Shown here in pieces: positions 11,430-25,900 of a stretch of 64,000 nt of DNA. A program made the translations under genes and the position numbers. The notes under the pieces were generated by a model that was given only the letters and a program-made list of their open reading frames with translations, searched no databases and had not been told where the DNA came from. Positions within the stretch are counted from its first letter, which is position 1, and the number at the start of each line of letters is the position of its first letter. Source of the stretch: Oculina patagonica (Eukaryota). The stretch lies in contig NC_135765.1 of assembly GCF_052425735.1 (NCBI RefSeq), positions 18,662,001 through 18,726,000 on the forward strand. The letters are read 5' to 3'.

Positions 11430-11929
11430 NNNNNNNNNNNNNNNNNNNNNNNNNNNNNNNNNNNNNNNNNNNNNNNNNNNNNNNNNNNNNNNNNNNNNNN
11501 NNNNNNNNNNNNNNNNNNNNNNNNNNNNNNNNNNNNNNNNNNNNNNNNNNNNNNNNNNNNNNNNNNNNNNNNNNNNNNNNNNNNNNNNNNNNNNNNNNNN
11601 NNNNNNNNNNNNNNNNNNNNNNNNNNNNNNNNNNNNNNNNNNNNNNNNNNNNNNNNNNNNNNNNNNNNNNNNNNNNNNNNNNNNNNNNNNNNNNNNNNNN
11701 NNNNNNNNNNNNNNNNNNNNNNNNNNNNNNNNNNNNNNNNNNNNNNNNNNNNNNNNNNNNNNNNNNNNNNNNNNNNNNNNNNNNNNNNNNNNNNNNNNNN
11801 NNNNNNNNNNNNNNNNNNNNNNNNNNNNNNNNNNNNNNNNNNNNNNNNNNNNNNNNNNNNNNNNNNNNNNNNNNNNNNNNNNNNNNNNNNNNNNNNNNNN
11901 NNNNNNNNNNNNNNNNNNNNNNNNNNNNN
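11430..11929. other. Assembly gap (500 N)
   Basis: Run of N. Confidence 1.
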
Positions 11930-13099
11930 GATAGCAATGGTTAAGCCCGGAATGTAAAACCCAATTAACGCGCCCGTGTATCTGCCAACAGAAAACAATG
12001 TTCCATTTTTGAGGCCTCCCTGTACTTAAAATAAAAAATGACGATTATTTTTATTGTAACGAGGTGTTATTGTAAGTGGTATTGTTGTGAAAAGTGTTGC
12101 TGTAAGAAGTATATCCTGTAATGTATTTTTTATTGAAATTTACTTACAGCTTAAATATTAAATAAGAAGAAGGTTTAGCGTTGAGGCACGTAATTTCGTT
12201 TTCTTAATGCCCAAATATTATCAGAAAACTAATTGCACTTTTCTCGATCTTGTGCAACTCTTACTAAAAACTAATTTTCAGATTATCTGAAGGTGGGTCT
12301 GTACCCGTCTGATAGATTTTTTTTAATTTTGTATCATGGCATGCTGACCATAACTCGATGATAATTCATTGGGGTTACCGAGCTCATGTTCGAATTGTTT
12401 TGTGTGTATAAGCCCAAAACGTTAATATTAGGGAAGTTTTTAACAGGTTATACTGTTCCTATGGTGATTATTAATGACGGGAAAAGGATCATAACTTGTC
12501 GATCAATAATGAGCATTTTTATGTTTTATATATATACCATTATTACTGTAATGGAAACTGATAAAGAATTGTTGTACTCACCCATCAAAGTATAATGGCT
12601 GGAAAATACTGAAAATCGTTAACATTTTGCCTTGAAGAGTTTGATTTCCATTAGTTGCTTTTTTATGTATTTTTGTAAATATGTTATGTAAATAGAACCG
12701 ACCTGCAGTTTCAAGTTACTTATTTACGCTCCTGACTATGATAAAAGTTAAGAACTGAAAAATCGCGTAAAGAGTTTATATGGTCTAGTTCTCTTTTTTT
12801 ATTTAACAATTTTTTTCCGAAGGCGAGGCAAACAAGACAAAGTCGAAGTAAATATTCATCAATGTTCACTGAGCCTGAGGTGATTACATGTTGTAGTGGT
12901 GGTTATCATTATGGTTTTTCCAGGCAGCTAGTACTCTGATTTTAGCACTTGTAAAAAATATCTATGAATGTAAATAATTTTGTAAAGGCAAAAAGATTAC
13001 AAATAAAGATTGGTGCTGTTTTTTTGTTGTTTGTTGTTGAGGTGAACATAATACCAATAAGAGCATAAAACATGGAAACGACAAACAAAAGTGCCTGCA

Positions 13100-14042
13100 A
13101 GCAGCATGGCCGAGTAGTTTAGAGCGCTGGTGTTGTAATCCGGAGGTCCCAGGTTCAAACCCTTCACCCTGCCACTAGCTGGATTTGTTCTCGGTAGTCA
13201 CGATTTCAAATGCTTGGACACACTTTGTTGTATATAGCCAACTGGTCTGCCTCCTGCCCGTTGAGATTCTTAACCACGTTATGTTCATTTAAAATATCTG
13301 TTTCCTCTGTTTAAGTGACTTGCCTGTATTTTAAGATCATTTTGCCCGGCGTGACCTATGCACTGCCCATCTGGGGTGGACACAGTAACAAAGACGGCTT
13401 TAAGTCACTTGAGTCTTTACATTGTAGAGCTGCACGTATTATTCTTAATTTCTTGCGTGATATGCCCTCTGAGGAAGTTGTAGAAAAGGCGAAATGAGAC
13501 TATATCTTTTATAAGTACAAGCTCGGTTTAGCGAAATTAGTATATAAGGTCTACAACGATTTAATACCGCCAGATATGCGCCATATCAATGTGAAAGCGG
13601 AAAACAAGCATGGTCTAAGGAAAGGTTACAAGGTAGTGGTACAGCGCTTTTACACAAACTTTATGAAGCACTCTATCGCCCACAGGGGATCCGTTATTTG
13701 AAACGCCCTCTCACAACGACTATACGGTAAAACTAGTCATTTTAAGTCCTTTTTAACATAGTGAGAGGCAAGAACATTCTTAAAAATATTAGCTTCGAGG
13801 AATTATCCACGCAGACCGAACGATGATGTTTTTAAATTTTATTGAATTTTTTAATTGTTGTTATAATAGTGAATTTCTTCTATCTTCTTAATATTTTTAG
13901 GATGTCTTTTTATATGTCTTTTTAAATTTTTTAATTTGTACACGGCCCCACAAGCTTTTAGCTTTAAACGTTTTACCGTGGTTAAATAAAGTTGTTATTA
14001 TTATAAGCTATCTCGAAGCTAAGTGCATGACCACTATAAAAA
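13100..14042 (+). mobile_element. tRNA-derived SINE interrupted by a LINE
   Basis: Head GGCCGAGTAGTTTAGAGCGCTGG..GGTTCAAACCC and body to about 13327; the tail AAGCTAAGTGCATGACCACTATAAA resumes at about 14004-14042. Confidence 0.8.
13328..14003 (+). mobile_element. CR1/L2 LINE 3' fragment nested in the SINE
   Basis: YFKIILPGVTYALPIWG..LESLHCRAARII with stops, ending AATAAAGTTGTTATTATTAT. Confidence 0.85.
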
Positions 14043-14090
14043 CAGTTTAAAAAACTCATTAATAATTCATAAAGAAAATACAAAAGAAAT

Positions 14091-14326
14091 TAATGTTTAA
14101 TGAGTGTCTTTATATCTGATAAAGACACGGCTAAACTTTACGTCCAATCTTCTAGGCCAAAATAACCCCAAATCTAAATATTAGTGCAAGAATGAGTTGA
14201 TCTACATCAGAAGATTTTTAAGCCGTTCAATAAATTCGCAGTTCGTGTTTTATCAAGTCTAAAACACTCGGCTGCGCCTCGTGTTTTAAACTTGATAAAA
14301 CACTGCTGCTCATTTATTAAACATTA
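14091..14326. mobile_element. Small non-autonomous element with internal hairpin (Crypton-like)
   Basis: TAATGTTTAAT...ATTAAACATTA ends, and hairpin GTGTTTTATCAAGT..CTCGGCTGCGCCTCG..ACTTGATAAAACAC. Confidence 0.5.
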
Positions 14327-14911
14327 CATAAAACAACATTTACATTTATTTAAATCTTGAGACATGAAAAATGTCTCGTTGATCATCATGAAGACAGGTA
14401 TCCAAAATAGAAATATTTTCTATTGTACTATTCCTATTTAAAACAACGTTTCATGGATGAATGAAAACGTATCCGTTTTCATGCCTAATTGCCATAGACC
14501 TTACTGAAAATAGACGAAAGCAATATTAGATTAGAGCGACATTTACATAAACAGTAGCCTGCATTTGGCAGAAACAAAATCTGTATGGATCTTTATCCGT
14601 GGACATTATCTGTTCCAAGAAGCGGATAGTTTTCGCTCTAGGAAAACTGCGATCTTCAAGGAAGAGATAACGTTGGGAGTAATTCTGTAGGTGTTTAAAA
14701 ATATTAATATTTAATACTATATTGACGTAGAGTGCACAAATAAGATAAATTTACTCTCGGCAAACAAACAAAACGTGATATTCTTGAGCACTCGTCGCTC
14801 AGGCTAACTTTATCCCAGTCGGGTCTAATAATAAAAATTGTAAAACGCACCTGTGGCGTCTTCAAGAGGTCTCCTCGTCATCCTTTTTCTTTTCATTTCC
14901 TTTCTTTTTTA

Positions 14912-15642
14912 CAGTGCGGCTACTGTACCAGGGGTCACCCAAACGGCCGTCGTGTCACTGCTTTCACAGAGATTGAAATCGATTCTTGCAAACTTACATG
15001 ACTGCAGACAAATGACATTCATTTGTACAGCCTGTGGAACTACTCAAATTTTTAAATCGAAACGTCAACGTTAGCTAACGCTCTATTTAACATATAAAGT
15101 AAATGAACGAGTGAACAAAAAATGTAAAAAAATGTTGTCATCCTCGCTATATCTGGTACGTTGTGCAGTATAGAATGTCTTCCTTTGCTGGGCTTACGTG
15201 CATTTATTTTCCAAATGGTACTACCAAAATTCCCGTTACGTTGATGCCGTAGAGGAAATTGTTTGAAATTGTCCAGAGCGAACTCCGCCACGCACTTTTT
15301 AATACGTCTGGGGACATATGGCACGGCCGTTGCTTTCCCTGTTTTTACGCAGTTTCGAACTTCTCTTTCACTATCATCGCTGATATTTACTTTCCAATTA
15401 GTGTTGTCACAACTACTTAAGCTCAAAAGGGATGCAATCGAAGTAAATTGAAAATCCAGCGCCATACAGTCAAAATTTAGCATTGAAGTGTTTTCGTGGC
15501 GAACGAAACAAGTTGAAATTTCATTGTTCTGTACTCGACATTTCATTGGCTGAAGGAAAAAAATGCTGAAATTTATTGTTTCCGTTCTGCTTTGTGATTG
15601 GTTAACTTTGTCTGGGTGACCCCGGTTACAGTAGCCGCACTG
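14912..15642. mobile_element. Tc1/mariner-type MITE with TA TSD, just upstream of copy 1
   Basis: TA|CAGTGCGGCTACTGTA..GGGGTCACCCA ... TGGGTGACCCC..TACAGTAGCCGCACTG|TA. Confidence 0.9.
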
Positions 15643-15742
15643 TAATGCTTTTTCTTGTTTCAGTTGCTCATGCGTGACTTGAATGACTTGAGTACTGAAG
15701 TGTGACTCTATTCAAATAAAGGACGTATTGGCTACCTACATT

Positions 15743-15750
15743 ATAAAAGC
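15743..15750 (+). promoter_or_regulatory. Candidate TATA box of copy 1
   Basis: TATAAAAG about 80 bp upstream of the ATG at 15827. Confidence 0.35.
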
Positions 15751-15826
15751 GCCAACATAAACTGCTTCCTCGAGTGGGCATGATAACAACACCTAAGCAA
15801 GCCAAAGATTTTGTCTCATACTGATA

Positions 15827-18800
15827 ATGGGTGGACACGCCATTTCGTTAGGTTACTTTTTACATGTAATCGTGCTTATACTTCCGCATTCAGGTACGTT
15901 TAAGATTTAGTTCATTACATTTTTACAGGTCGTGTAGTGGGAAATGTATTTACATTTTTAAATAATAGTAATAGAAGCGTTGTGAAAGATCAAGATAATG
16001 ACGAGGACCTTTGAAATAATTGCAAAGTGTTTACAGACATTGTAGGCGTTTGCAACAAAAGAGGTCAACACAGCTCAGTAAAGCGCGTTTGACTAAGTAA
16101 GATCAATTTACATTGTGGTCACAACTAATCAGTTGGATCAGAAGTAATCGCGTACCAAGACTTCTGAGACGTATTTGACAAAAAATTTACATTAGACTCC
16201 TTCCAACTACTAACAAAGCGATCATACAACAGGAAGTCCAAGAAACTGACGTTCAGTTATGAAAACATGAATGACATGACTGCGCAAAATTTTAAAAGAC
16301 TGCTTTCACTCACAGCAAATAACCTGAGCCATACATGACATACCGGGTATATTCAGTTAATGTTCCAAGGGCGACACCGCAGAGATCGCAGACACACGAT
16401 GTGACTAATCGATGATAATAAAATATAAGGATTTGTATGAATCTTTATACGTAGAATAGTCAGCGAGCGTTAAAGCCGCATTTACGCTTGTTTCACTTTT
16501 GGTTCGCCACCACCTAAGGAAAAGGAAAAGGAAGAACTTTGCTACCAGCGTGGTGGTATATTTGACAGGCAACTGATGTGACCAACACGTCACTAGCTGT
16601 TGCCTTTTCAGGTTTCGCTTCATTAGATTTATTTTTTAAGGCACTATGTCACGGGGATTTCGTAGATTTTTGGTCTAAACTATTCTAAAATTAGTGGTAG
16701 GCAACCAGTGATAGGCAACCAACTGTTCTAAAATTAGTGGTAGGCAACCATGAGAACATTATCTTTGAACATCTACAGGAAGTTACATAACCTTATTTTG
16801 CGAATAGAAATCAAGCTACTGCTATAAATATCGATTTTTTTTTGAAAACGCACGGAACCGCTTGAACTTAAAAACGTTAGCCTCACTTTTTCAAATTGAA
16901 ATCCGTTTCCATCCGAGCCATACGCAGCCAAAGATGCTCGGTCACAGTTTCAGTGCTTTTATATAGCAAATTTTAATAAAAATGGATAATTAGTTTAGGT
17001 TTCTGGCGACACAAATATAAATTTTGGCTGTTTCGAAAATCTGGTAAAATCCGTGACATAGTCCTTTTAACTACAAGAACAATACAAGAATCAAGGAGCC
17101 TATGTTTATATTCTCCACAGTAATAAGCGCATACAATTAAACCAAATTATCATTTGTAGTGTTACAAACGTGTTCTGTGCAAAGTCCTGAACCCCAAGGT
17201 AGGTTTATTTTTTGGTTACATTTTAAGCAACTGTTTTTGGTGTAAATTTCTTTACAACAATCTAGACCTATTCGTTTGGTTGATCGTAATCGGTCGAGTT
17301 GGATTTAGAACGTTGGAGTCTTTATTCCTATTTCACTTGAATCTTGCTATTTCATATACCAAAAGTTGGAATTACTGTTCATTCTGGAAATAGAATTTGA
17401 AATAAATATGTTTAAAATCTAGGACTTGAAGGAAAATGCATTTACTCTCGAACTCACTGAAAGTGACGTCACAAAATCAAACCCTTTGCCAGTTCTGCTA
17501 TTCAAACAAAGTTTCTGCTTTTTATGAAAAACAGCATCAGTAACAATGTCAGAGCGTTAAGAATATTAAGGATATAAGATACTGCTCTCTTTCTCAGTGT
17601 ATCATAATATATCCTCTTCTATCGTTTTTCTATTGTAAACTATATATTTGACATAAGAATAGGTTTTTTTCAAACCTCTCTTGTTTTATCATACTCCTTA
17701 CGTGGGTTTACCTCGGTGTAAAAACCTGTGAAATTTTCCTTTGTTTTAACCTTTTGTATTGTTTTGAAGTTCTTTGTTGCCTTGTTCGTTCTTGTTACGT
17801 CACGGGTGAGTTTCGCAGGTTTTTACACCGAGGATGAGCCCCTGGCGTCTGACAAAGAAATATGTTGACGAAAGCTAGTTAGGGTCTAATAATGTCTTTT
17901 AAATTGATTTCTGGTGTTCCAGAAAAATCACCTTGGCAAAAGTTTCCAGCGCTTTACAGCTCTTATGCTTTGATGGGTCATAACGACAAATCTTCATCGG
18001 TTGCTTCTAAACAAGTTCTTGACATGCAATACTGGGTACTATAGTAACTGTATAACCGGTTCAAGAACACCTTGAGTTTTAGTTGTAAGTGCTTATAACT
18101 CAAAAACGTGCTCGGTAACGACCATTTTAATACCTGAGTTATGATGAGCATGTTAAGATACAAAAAACTGAATAGGGGTTTCAGAGCCACCTTAAATGTT
18201 AAAAAATTCAAGAAAGTTTAATAAAATATAATTACGTAGTGGTAAAACGATTAGATATGGGAATACTTTAAAACATTGATGTAGTTGTCGTTATTGTTGA
18301 ATAAAAGTCTATAGTGAGAGATCAAAGGAAACCAATGCCGAAAACTACGTGAAAGTTATATAAACTCAAATTGCCTGTCGGGAAAACGTGCCAGCTTTGA
18401 AAATTCATTTATTCGGAATCTTTTACTCATGTTTACTTTTTTGTAGAAAGTCTGATTCGTTTCACATCGTCAAAGTATGAAGGAAAGACAGTAACAGGGC
18501 TGGTTGGCTCGTCTGTTAACTTTACATGGAGCTTCACTGGTGATGTTCGTTCTGTTTCTTGGGGACTGAAACATCCTCGCTTCCCTGAATTGCAGAATAA
18601 TGGAGCTCTTGTTGTATTACACAACGTCGGTCCAGTACCACTAACAGTCCCTTCAGCATACAATGGACGTGTGAGTGGTAGGGGTGATGTATCCTCTGGT
18701 CAGGTCACATTTACGCTTAGTTCGATCAGACATAGCGATGAGAGATTTTATGGCTGTTTTATAAGATCAAATGATAATTTTGAATCGCCGAGATGTGACG

Positions 18801-21800
18801 CTGTACACTTTGTTGTGAAAGGTGGGTGCGAAAAAATCGTAGCTTATAACTTATTTGTTCATTTTGTTTTTCAATTTATACAGTTGCATCAACTCTTTCG
18901 ATCAAACAGGCTGCATGACTGAATTTGTGACTTTTAAAAGTCTTTTGTTATCTTTGCAGTTTTAGGTTCTTTCCGGCTGCCGTATTTACAAGTACTTAAG
19001 ATGTGCATAACTGTGCTAACCCCTTTTGCATTTATTATCAATACTTTCCAGATATTTACATGTTTCACAATTATGCTTTATTTACGAAAAAAATGCCACA
19101 ATATCTTTAGGGGATGTTACTTTCACGATTGAACCTTTTCTTTGTTTTGAGGGTTTATTATGTCAAGCTATATCACAGTTGTATCACATTTAGTGCGAAC
19201 GAAAATGTGCATCAATGTTTGTCCTGGTATTCTTGGCATGAAATTTATCTGGCATAAAATGCACTGTTGTCATTCAGTTACTTATTTCTTTAGAGCTACC
19301 GGCATTCACCCCATCTTTAGTAAACGGAAGTTACATTGAGGGAACATCAGTCAATATTAGTTGTACAGCGACTGGGAAACCAGACCCGGAAGTATCCTGG
19401 ATGCGAAATGGACGAATCAAAAGTTCTGGGAAGAAAATAACATATTTGAACTTCGACAGAATAAAGCGGACAGATGATGGACTGTACACATGCAGAGCTA
19501 ACAACTCAGCAGGAACAAAAAGACACAAAGAATTCCTTGTGGTTCGATGTGAGTCTGTAATTCCTAAATATAAAGAAGCATATTCTTACAAAACAAACTA
19601 AAACAACATTTCTTAAATTTGACATTCGATACAAGCATATTCAACGAGGGAGACGTTCTCCTTTTTTCTATTACGTTTTTGCCAAACGACTTAAAGAAAG
19701 AGCAAGGTTTTTTATCTTTCTTTTACAGACCCGGCAGAAATACTTAGCATTACTTCATCAGCTGCTAGTTCTTGGATTGGTCAGACAGTGACTTTGAAGT
19801 GTGTGTCAGATGGTGTTCCTACACCAACACTCACCTGGTACAAACCTGATGGAAATGAACTAAACACAGTCACAGCTAAAGAAAGCACAATGGAGGTGAC
19901 GATAAACTCTAAGCAAGATTTTGGTCAATACAAGTGTGTTGCTTACAATGGCCTCGATCCTGCAAACCACAGCTCAGTGCTGTTGGAACAGATAAGTATG
20001 TGAAGGCATATTTTCCAGATATTTGAATGATTGTTGTAATACGAAGAGGCCTAGAAGAAAGGTCAAAGTAACAACGAAGCTGACATTCACATTTCAAGGA
20101 CCTAAGATTTTTATGTGAAGTTATCCCGGAGTTCCTGATTGATAAAAGTTAAAATCTTATGTAGGCAAACAAAGCTAAACATCGGGTTACTTAACTGGTT
20201 AAATTGTTACCTATTTTTAACCATACGAGCTATATGACACATCACATGTAGAGAAAACTCCGTATTCAGTCATATACATATATCTTCTCTCGTTAGAGGA
20301 AACAGGATCCCCAGCTATCGAATTTCCAGCTTCAGATATTCAAGCCACTTCACTGACAGTAAAATGGACTGCACCAGCTGATGATGGAGGGAGTCCTATC
20401 ACAGCATACCGAGTGGTCATACTAAAGGGTGGCACTGAGATAAAGAATGAGAATGTTACTGACCCTGGTACAACAAGTCTGTCTGTTGGAAGTCTGGAAA
20501 GAGATACCGAGTACAGTGTGAAGGTGTTTGCCAGGAATGCAGTGTTTGAAGGTACAGCTGCGCAAAAGACAATCAGGACAAAGATTGAAGGTAATATTTC
20601 GATAGGTTTTTATTCATTGAATACGTAAAATCAAAAGCGATAAATATTACTTGAAATCTCCATAATCTAGTTTCCTTGTTTGATGCAAGGATGTCACAGT
20701 TATTTTATGTTAAAAACGTGTTTAATAGTATACGACTAGTAGAAACATTTTTCAATGTTATCATCATTCAGGCATTCCCGAGACACCAGAGATTATAGAC
20801 ATGCCTGCGGAGGTACAAAGTGATGAAGCGGCCTTAAAATGGACAAGGCTAGTCAGCAATGGAGCAGACATTACACAATACACTGTTTATATACGAAACG
20901 TTAGTAGCAACGGTACCGTAGGAGACTGGAGAAAACTTGAGGTCATTCATGATGTCTCTGTTCGTGAATACGTCGTCACACTTCAAATGAGTCAGCGGTG
21001 TGAGTTTGTTGTGACTGCAACCAACAAATATGGAGAGAGTTTGAAAGAACAGAAAAACATAAAAAGAATCCGAGTTTTAGGAGGTAAACCTATGGCAAAC
21101 TGATTCTTTTTTTGTGGACTATTTCCTTAACTACAATCTTTGACAAAACTAGTTGAAACAAACGCATTTCACGCATTTTTTACAAATATCCTGACCTACA
21201 AGCAGGTAAAAGTATTTTATTCCCTTTCCCCCTACTCAAGAATTGTCCTGACAAATTGTCCTGACAAAGTCGTTTGCTCTGGTGTATCCCATGTTAGTCT
21301 AAGTGACCACAGTCTCGTCTATGCATTCCGCAAAATTTCCATTGATCCATTCTCGAAGGGACATTCCACGATAACGTATAGGAAATTTAAAAATTTCGAC
21401 TCTGCAAGGTTTCGCTACGATATTTCCTTACAAAATTGGGATAGTGTAAACAAATACAAACACCCCAACAACATGTGGGACGCTCTTTTCTTTCAATGTG
21501 TCGATCAGCATGCACCATTGCGCACTTAACGTATTCGTGCACGCAAATCAGATTGGATCACACCTCAGCTAAAGGAAAGAATGCATTTTAAAGATACACT
21601 CAAAATAAAAGCCACTAGATCTGGAAGTGCGAGTGACCGGTCACAGTTTAAAAAAATTTCGCAATGCTGTCAACAATGAAAACAAGCAGGCCAAGGAACA
21701 ATACTTTAAAAGTGCATTGCGCGTTAACGAAGGTGACCCTCGTAAGACTTGGCGTATCATTAATGAACTTACTTACGATTCACTGATTCTAGCCCGTTGC

Positions 21801-22926
21801 AGTCAACTTGTTTCTTGATTTGTATTTTGTATGCGCTCCCCGAACCTCTGAGCTGGTTTAAAGAGATATTTAATTCCATTTGTTTCATTTCCTTTAAAAA
21901 ACACAAGTACAATTTCTTGAAAATATTTCCACACAGCTCTATACTACATTGTGTATGCATACACAATGTAGTATAAAAGAAAACAACAGCAAGACAATAG
22001 TGTTCCTTTGGGAGTAAAACGCATGCATGATGTCAAAACAATAGCTACACTCGTTAGACGTCGTCTAAACGTGGTCTTCGTGAACTTCGGCTCATCGGCG
22101 TTCAAATAATGCAATTTAGACTCCGATTAGCCATAGTTTATGGAGTCGTCGTCTAAACCTCGATTTAGCCTTAAACTAAATTAAACTAAATTATTAGCGT
22201 CTCTCATGAGCTTTCGTCTGCTTTTAATAATCATTTTTCTAGTGTTGGACTGAAACTTATTGATGATTTTCAGCAAAATGGAAATACTCCATCTTATTTC
22301 GATTACTTTGAGGAGACCGAGCATAGATTTGAACTCAACACGATAAAATGCTCAATAGTATTCTCTCTATTGTCTAAACTCTGTAAATTTAAAGCGACGG
22401 GCCTAGATAAAATCTCTGCACGTCTTCTTCGCGAGTGTGCTGATTTGGTTGCCAGCTCTCTTTGCTGTATCTTTAATAGATTTATTATATTTGGTTTATT
22501 TCCCACAGAATGGAAATTCACCAAAGTCGTTCCACTATTCAAACAGGGTGAACGTTCAGGTTTAAATAACTATCGACCTATTTCTATAATTCCTGTTGTC
22601 GCTAAAGTCTTTGAGAGAATCGTTTACAATCCATTTTATGAATATTTAACTGAAAACAATCTAATTTCCAGTAGTCAATCAGGGTTTCGTTTACTTCACT
22701 CCACTGCTACCGCCCTGCTTGAAGCCACAGATATTTGAGCTTTCAATATTGATAAGCGCAACATGCTGTTGTTTTTCTAGATTTGAAGAAGGCCTTTGAC
22801 ACCGTCGATCACACAATCGTGCTATCAAAATCGAAAGCTTTTGATGTCACAAATGTCACTTATAACTGGTTTTATTTTTCACATGGCTCGTTTTCCTTTG
22901 TTCTTCCACGCTGGTTATATTGAATA

Positions 22927-22969
<43 letters not shown>

Positions 22970-25900
22970 GTTTATTTGCATTCCAAATAACAACTTTGGC
23001 TCTTCTATGCAAATTATAAAAACTAAGATATGAGACTAAGATATATAATAAAATATGATAAAAAGTTATGATATAATGTACAATAATTTGCTAAAAATGT
23101 TAAAAAAAAATTAAGCTATAGTAAAAATATACAATGCGTTAAGATAATATGAAAAATTGTAGGATAAAATGAAATTATAATAAATTGTCTGCGCCTTTTT
23201 TCTTGTAGTGAGCTTTTAAGAGGCGGTTGAACTCGTGCAGATCACTGGATTCTCGTATTGTTCTCGGGAGACCATTAAAAGCTTTACATGCGCTTTGCTT
23301 GAATGTTCCTTCTACATAGTTTGTGTTCAATTGAAATTCACTGCTTGAGCGTAGCGTCCTAGCTGGTATATAACGCTCGAGTTGTAAATGTTCTGGGCAG
23401 TGAACAGAGTAAATTGACTTGAAAGCTAATTTAGTTAAGCGAAATTCACGACTTTCTGACATCGGAAGCCAGCCAAGTTTCAATAAATCATGTGTGTTTG
23501 CATAGCGACCAACAACAAATCCGGCTGCAGCCAACTGAACTCGCTGCAAACGCTTGATAAGATAGTCATTTGTGGGATACGTTACTACATCATTGTAATA
23601 TAATCTAGAAAGTATGAGCGACTCAGCAAGTTGTTTTCTGACATGGAAAGGTGCTAGATGTTTCAGTTTTCTAAGTACAGACATGGTCGCGTAACTGCCA
23701 GATATTTTAGAATTAATTTCATCATTCCGCGTGAGGTTTTGGTGAATCTCAGTTCCAAGAAGGCGAGCAGTTTTAACCCTTTCCAAAGGCTGTCCGTCTA
23801 CCATAAGCTGGACTTGTTGTTCATCAAGTTGGCGTACGCGTGCCATCGACGCGGTAGAAAATAACATGACTTTAGTCTTCTTTGGGTTTAGCACGAGGTT
23901 GCAGTCATTAGACCAAGAAGACAGGTGATCAAGCGCAATTTGTAGGCGCCTCTCACATTCGCCGATTTCGATTGCTTTCCCGTGCACAAGGACCGTCGTG
24001 TCGTCTGCGTACGGATGACATGCAACGGAACCTAGATGGTCAGAGAGATCATTGACATATAGATTAAAAAGCACCGGGCCAAGCACCGACCCCTGGGGGA
24101 CTCCAAATCTCACGTCAAGCGTACTTGCGGCTTTATCTTCAATCTGAACGAACTGCTTGCGGCCTGTGAGATAGTTAGTCACCCATACCAGAAAAGACTT
24201 CGAAAAGCCGAGAAGGTGCAGTTTCTTTAGAACTATCTCGTAGGCGACAGTGTCGAAAGCTTTTGAGAAGTCAGCCAAAACTGCCAAAGTTACTTCTCCA
24301 CGTTTCATGGCTCGCAAGATGTCGTCCTTTATCGCGAGCAGAGCTGTGGTTGTACTGTGCCACTTACGATAGGCGCTGACTGTGTCCTTCAGGATACACT
24401 CGGGGCCGGTAATCAAAAAGTCACTAATCTGATTGAGCACCAGCCGCTCATAGATCTTTGACATAACGGGTAGTATGGAGATTGGGCGAAAGTCGTTGTT
24501 TTCTTTTACCACCGCAATTTTGGGATTGCGCTGATGCGAGCGATTTTCCAGGCAGATGGGAAAGTCTTATGTTCGATACAGTTGTTCAAAATATGGGTCA
24601 GTGGGGAAACCAAATGATCGGCGACAAGTTTGATATACTTTACGGGGATCCCATCAGGACCACAGGAACAATCTGATCTAAGATTCTTTAGCTCTTGGAG
24701 CACCTGTTGGCCGGAGACAGGCTTTAGTGCGAACGCCCTGGACTGATCGTCAGGCAGTGATTCAATGAGCTCCCAGATACTATTAAGAGAAGTAGGAGAG
24801 GCACCGGTGACGCGTTGTGCAGTTGACGCGAAGTGCTCGTTTAACTTGTCGGGGTCAAAATGAAGCGGTTGTGGACTCGGGTGAAGAATTCTGTGTATGA
24901 CCCTCCAATCCTCCTTGGGCCTATTTGAAGAAAGCGCATTTTGGTAAAAATCTCGCTTAGTCTTCCTGACCTTAAACTTGAGCTGATTCCGTTTATCTCT
25001 GTAAGAGTTCCATAATTGATCACTATTGTTACTGCGAGCTCGAGTGCGCAGGTTAAGGCACTCTTGTTGAAGTTGCTGAATAAACCCCCGGCCACTAATT
25101 AACAATTGTTTGAAAAGCTGGGAGCGGCTTTGATTGTAACAGGGGAGAGCGGGGCTGATATTCTAATTTTCCACCAGGGAAATATTAGAGTTGATAACCC
25201 CCTAGGGGAATACAACGATAATATTCCCCTCGTAGCAAATCCACAAGCCTCGCATTACAAACAAAACCACAATTTTTCTTTAATAACGTTACATTCATTT
25301 TACCTTGACTGTTGTTACATTATTTTAAATACTACTGAGCAATTGCTTAATTGAAAACATGAGAAATGCGTTCCGGAACTCGTGCCTCGACGTTTGCTTT
25401 TTCAGAATTCCGAAGCAGTTTATTCTGTTCGGTTGCTAACACACTCCAAACATTCAAACGCCTAAAGGTTACCTTTTTTGTCTTCTTCGGGATCCTTCAC
25501 TATTCCTGGCCAGCAGCTCTTTTAATTTGTCATCGTCAACGATGATCTCTCTATCTCTAGCCTCTTCGACGTTTTCTTCCTATTTGTTTCCACCTGGTTA
25601 AAGCTAAACAACTCTTTTGTCGCCTTCTCAATGCTAATTAAACTGAGCGTTTTCGTAGTCCTCTTCTCGATTCTTAGAGGATAGCAGGCTCCAAGTTATT
25701 GCCTGGATTTGTCGAAAAATTAGAACTTTCCTTCGCAGACTCACTCACTTCTACCAACTTTGCAGTTAATTGGTGAAAAAGGCGGTTATCAAGTTGTCGG
25801 TACTATTAGGCAATTAAAAAATCCCAATGCGTACTTTCCGAATCTTTAATCTTTTGTAAAGCTAGTTTGGCACACATATTGATTGTTTTGTTCGGCATAT

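Noticed and set aside
11309-11998. ORFs spanning N runs (also 44696-45322)
   Set aside because: Artefacts of assembly gaps.
13108-13185. tRNA gene (also 5690-5766)
   Set aside because: The A/B boxes run directly into SINE bodies with no clean cloverleaf or terminator.
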